From positions 3,616,001-3,680,000 of the forward strand of contig CBDEFM010000002.1 in the NCBI GenBank assembly GCA_965237415.1: a DNA stretch of 64,000 nt, given 5' to 3'. Below the pieces are notes generated by a model, which searched no databases, was not told where the DNA came from, and saw only the letters and a program-made list of their open reading frames with translations. The position numbers were made by a program, and so were the translations under genes. Shown here piece after piece: positions 61,729 to 64,000 of the stretch. Every line of letters starts with the position of its first letter. Position 1 is the stretch's first letter. The DNA is from Alphaproteobacteria bacterium (GTDB lineage: Bacteria > Pseudomonadota > Alphaproteobacteria > UBA828).

Positions 61729-64000
61729 GTAAGCGTTCGGCGGCCGGGGGATCGAAGGGACGAGGGCGGCATTTGCACTGGTAACGATTCCGGCCATGCG
61801 CTACCGTCGAGCGCATGGCGATTCGCGAGGATTTTGGCGCAGCTCTGACGCTGGTTGATGGCGGCGATGGGACTTGGTCGCCTGTCGAGGCGGCGCCGGC
61901 GCACGCGCGGCGCGATTGGCAGCCCCTATACGAGCAAGAACGTGCGCGGGCGGAGGCGGCCGAAGCGCGCTGTGAGGAGCTGCGCCGGGCGGAGTTGGCC
62001 TCTCGTTCCCGGGCCGGTTCGCTGAAGTCGCAGCTCGACGCCAGCCGGAACAAGCTGAAGGCGGCCGCGGAGGAGATCAGGGAAGTCCGCCGCACGGCGA
62101 AGAACGCCCTTGCCTTGCAGGCCGAAGTGACGCGCCTGGAGAAGCTCCTTTCGGAAGCCGGCGTCGAATCGAGCAAGCGCAGCACGATCATGTCCCTGCG
62201 CAAGGAGGTCGCTCGGCTGCGTGCGGCCGTGCCGGCGTCGGAGGCCTGTCGGCCGCGCGGGGCTCGGAGGCGATCGCGGAACCCCGAGGAGACGATCGCG
62301 TCGCTGCGCGAGGAGAACGCCCGGCTGAAGAAGGAGGTGCGTGCGGCGAAGGACCTGGAGGGCAGGGTCAAGTTCCTGGACCGCGAGATCGACAATCACC
62401 GCTCCTGGCTGCGGGGGTCGCACGACCACATTCAGCGGCTCGAGGCCCGGCATCGCGACGAGATCGATTGGTTGAAGAAGGACATGGCCTGGATGCGCGC
62501 GGCGTTCGTTGGGGCAGCGGACGATCGCAACCGCACGATCGCGTCGCTGCGCAAGCAACTCGACCGGCGGCGCGCGGCGGCCGTGCGGTTGGTGGAGGCC
62601 CGGGAGCGCACGATCGCCTGGCTGCGCGAGCGGAACGAGCGGCTGCGGGCGGCGACCGTGCGGGCCACGGACATGATCGTGTCGCTGCGCGAGAAGATCG
62701 CTGGGCTGCGCGCCCAGGTGCGGGCTTTGGAGGTCGAGAAGAAGGCGCTGGTGTCCCGCGTCGAGACGCTGGAAGCCCAGCTTGCGAAGCTCCGCGCGAG
62801 CCGGGCCGTGCTGTCGAAGTCGCTGTTCGGGAGAAAGAGCGAGCGGCAGAAGAAACCGCGCTCCGGGCGCAAGCGCGGTCAGCAGCGTGGCGCTCCCGGC
62901 CATGGCCGCACGCAGCGGCCCGGGCTCGAGGAGCGCACTGAAGAGCATAACCCGCCCGAGGATGCGTGCGTCTGTTCCTGTTGCGGGAAGCCCTATGCTG
63001 CCAACGGCGAGCGTTCCACGACCATCGTCGAGATCGAGGTCAAGGCCCACATGCGCAGAATCGTCCGGCCCCGCTGGCGCCGGAGTTGCGACTGCCCATC
63101 GTCGCCGCTGGAAGTGACGGCACCCCCGGTGCCGCGCCTGTTCGACAACACGCCCTACGGCATCAGCGTGTGGGTGTGCATCTTCTTCGAGCGCTTTGCC
63201 TGCTACCGCCCGCTCAAGCGGGTCGCAGCATGGCTGGCGAATATGGGGCTGCCGATCTCGCCGGGGACGCTGGCCGACAGTGTGAAGCGCTCCGTGCCGC
63301 TGTTCGAGCCCGTGGCCGAGGCGATCCTCGCGCACCAGAACAAGGCGGCGGTGCGCCATGCAGACGAGACCACATGGCGTGTGCAGGCGCTTCGCGAGAA
63401 GGGCCGCTCCAGCCGAGCCTGGCTCTGGACCTCGGTCAGCGCCGACGCGGTCTACTTCCACATCGATCCCTCGCGCTCAGCCGAGGTCGCGAAGGCCCTG
63501 TTCGGCGGCGTCATCGGTGTCGTGTTCCTGGTCTGCGACCGCCTCTCGACCTACAAGAGGCTGGCCCGAGAGCTCGACGGCAAGGTGATCCTCCAGTGGT
63601 GTTGGGCGCACCAGCGCAGATCGTTTATCGACTGTGCCGCCGGCCACGTGCGGCTCACCCGCTGGTGCCAGGGATGGATCGAGCGGATCGCAGCGATCTA
63701 CCGGCTGAACGATGCGCGGCTGGAGCATTACGACCCCGCTCTCGAACGCCAGACACCAGAGTTCGACGCGGCGCAGGGCGAGCTGAACAAGGCGGTCGAC
63801 GACCTGTTCGCGGACACCGAAGCGGAACTGGCCGGCCTGTCGGCCAAGGCGCTCAGGGCCAAGCCGCTGCGCTCGCTGCTCAACCACCGCGAGGGGCTGA
63901 GCGTCTTCGTCGATCACCCGCAGGTGCCGCCCGATAACAACCGCGCCGAGCTTGCCCTCAGGAGTGCGGTCATAGGACGACAGCTCTCGTTCGGTTCCGA
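61729..64000 (+). mobile_element. IS66-family element, copy 3 (runs off the window)
   Basis: IRL at 61729; matches copies 1 and 2. Confidence 0.9.
61815..64000 (+). CDS. IS66 transposase, copy 3 (partial)
   Basis: ATG at +3,397 from copy 2; open to the window end. Confidence 0.88.
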   Translation, partial: MAIREDFGAALTLVDGGDGTWSPVEAAPAHARRDWQPLYEQERARAEAAEARCEELRRAELASRSRAGSLKSQLDASRNKLKAAAEEIREVRRTAKNALALQAEVTRLEKLLSEAGVESSKRSTIMSLRKEVARLRAAVPASEACRPRGARRRSRNPEETIASLREENARLKKEVRAAKDLEGRVKFLDREIDNHRSWLRGSHDHIQRLEARHRDEIDWLKKDMAWMRAAFVGAADDRNRTIASLRKQLDRRRAAAVRLVEARERTIAWLRERNERLRAATVRATDMIVSLREKIAGLRAQVRALEVEKKALVSRVETLEAQLAKLRASRAVLSKSLFGRKSERQKKPRSGRKRGQQRGAPGHGRTQRPGLEERTEEHNPPEDACVCSCCGKPYAANGERSTTIVEIEVKAHMRRIVRPRWRRSCDCPSSPLEVTAPPVPRLFDNTPYGISVWVCIFFERFACYRPLKRVAAWLANMGLPISPGTLADSVKRSVPLFEPVAEAILAHQNKAAVRHADETTWRVQALREKGRSSRAWLWTSVSADAVYFHIDPSRSAEVAKALFGGVIGVVFLVCDRLSTYKRLARELDGKVILQWCWAHQRRSFIDCAAGHVRLTRWCQGWIERIAAIYRLNDARLEHYDPALERQTPEFDAAQGELNKAVDDLFADTEAELAGLSAKALRAKPLRSLLNHREGLSVFVDHPQVPPDNNRAELALRSAVIGRQLSFGS

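Noticed and set aside
1-64000. CRISPR array, rRNA or complete tRNA
   Set aside because: No regularly spaced short repeats with unique spacers and no full cloverleaf or rRNA-like sequence seen by eye; only a 17-bp tRNA 3' fragment.

Overview
A GC-rich, probably alphaproteobacterial window (it carries an NDUFS4-like ETC complex I subunit gene); a host-associated or sponge-symbiont lifestyle is a weak inference. It is a heavily rearranged accessory region. Intact catabolic and ABC-transport blocks (GMC oxidoreductase cluster, amidase plus Liv-type ABC, PhyH plus HD-oxygenase pair, Dpp-type ABC, sugar ABC, RhlE) alternate with many IS elements and gene fragments. Main observations: (1) A 2.56-kb large-serine-recombinase (LSR) element sits exactly in the Walker A codons of an IS21 istB. 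Joining its ends in silico gives a symmetric attP and fuses an RBS+ATG from one end in frame to a start-less ORF at the other end, so that gene appears complete only in the excised circle. (2) A four-gene defence operon couples an unknown protein and an HTH-ImmA/IrrE peptidase to a type I CBASS (CdnE-like CD-NTase plus Cap15-like effector), with a HEPN-like gene nearby. (3) At least three tandem copies of a 3,380-bp IS66-family element lack tnpA/tnpB but have a long coiled-coil transposase extension and a DUF4338/DruA-like passenger gene. (4) Two inverted IS630 copies and a cognate 133-bp MITE. (5) Two IS1111-type elements with 3' non-coding regions that may encode guide RNAs. (6) An integrated ColE2-type replicon next to a tRNA-Glu-like att core. 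No complete tRNA, rRNA or CRISPR array was seen. All family calls come from motif recognition by eye, not database searches.
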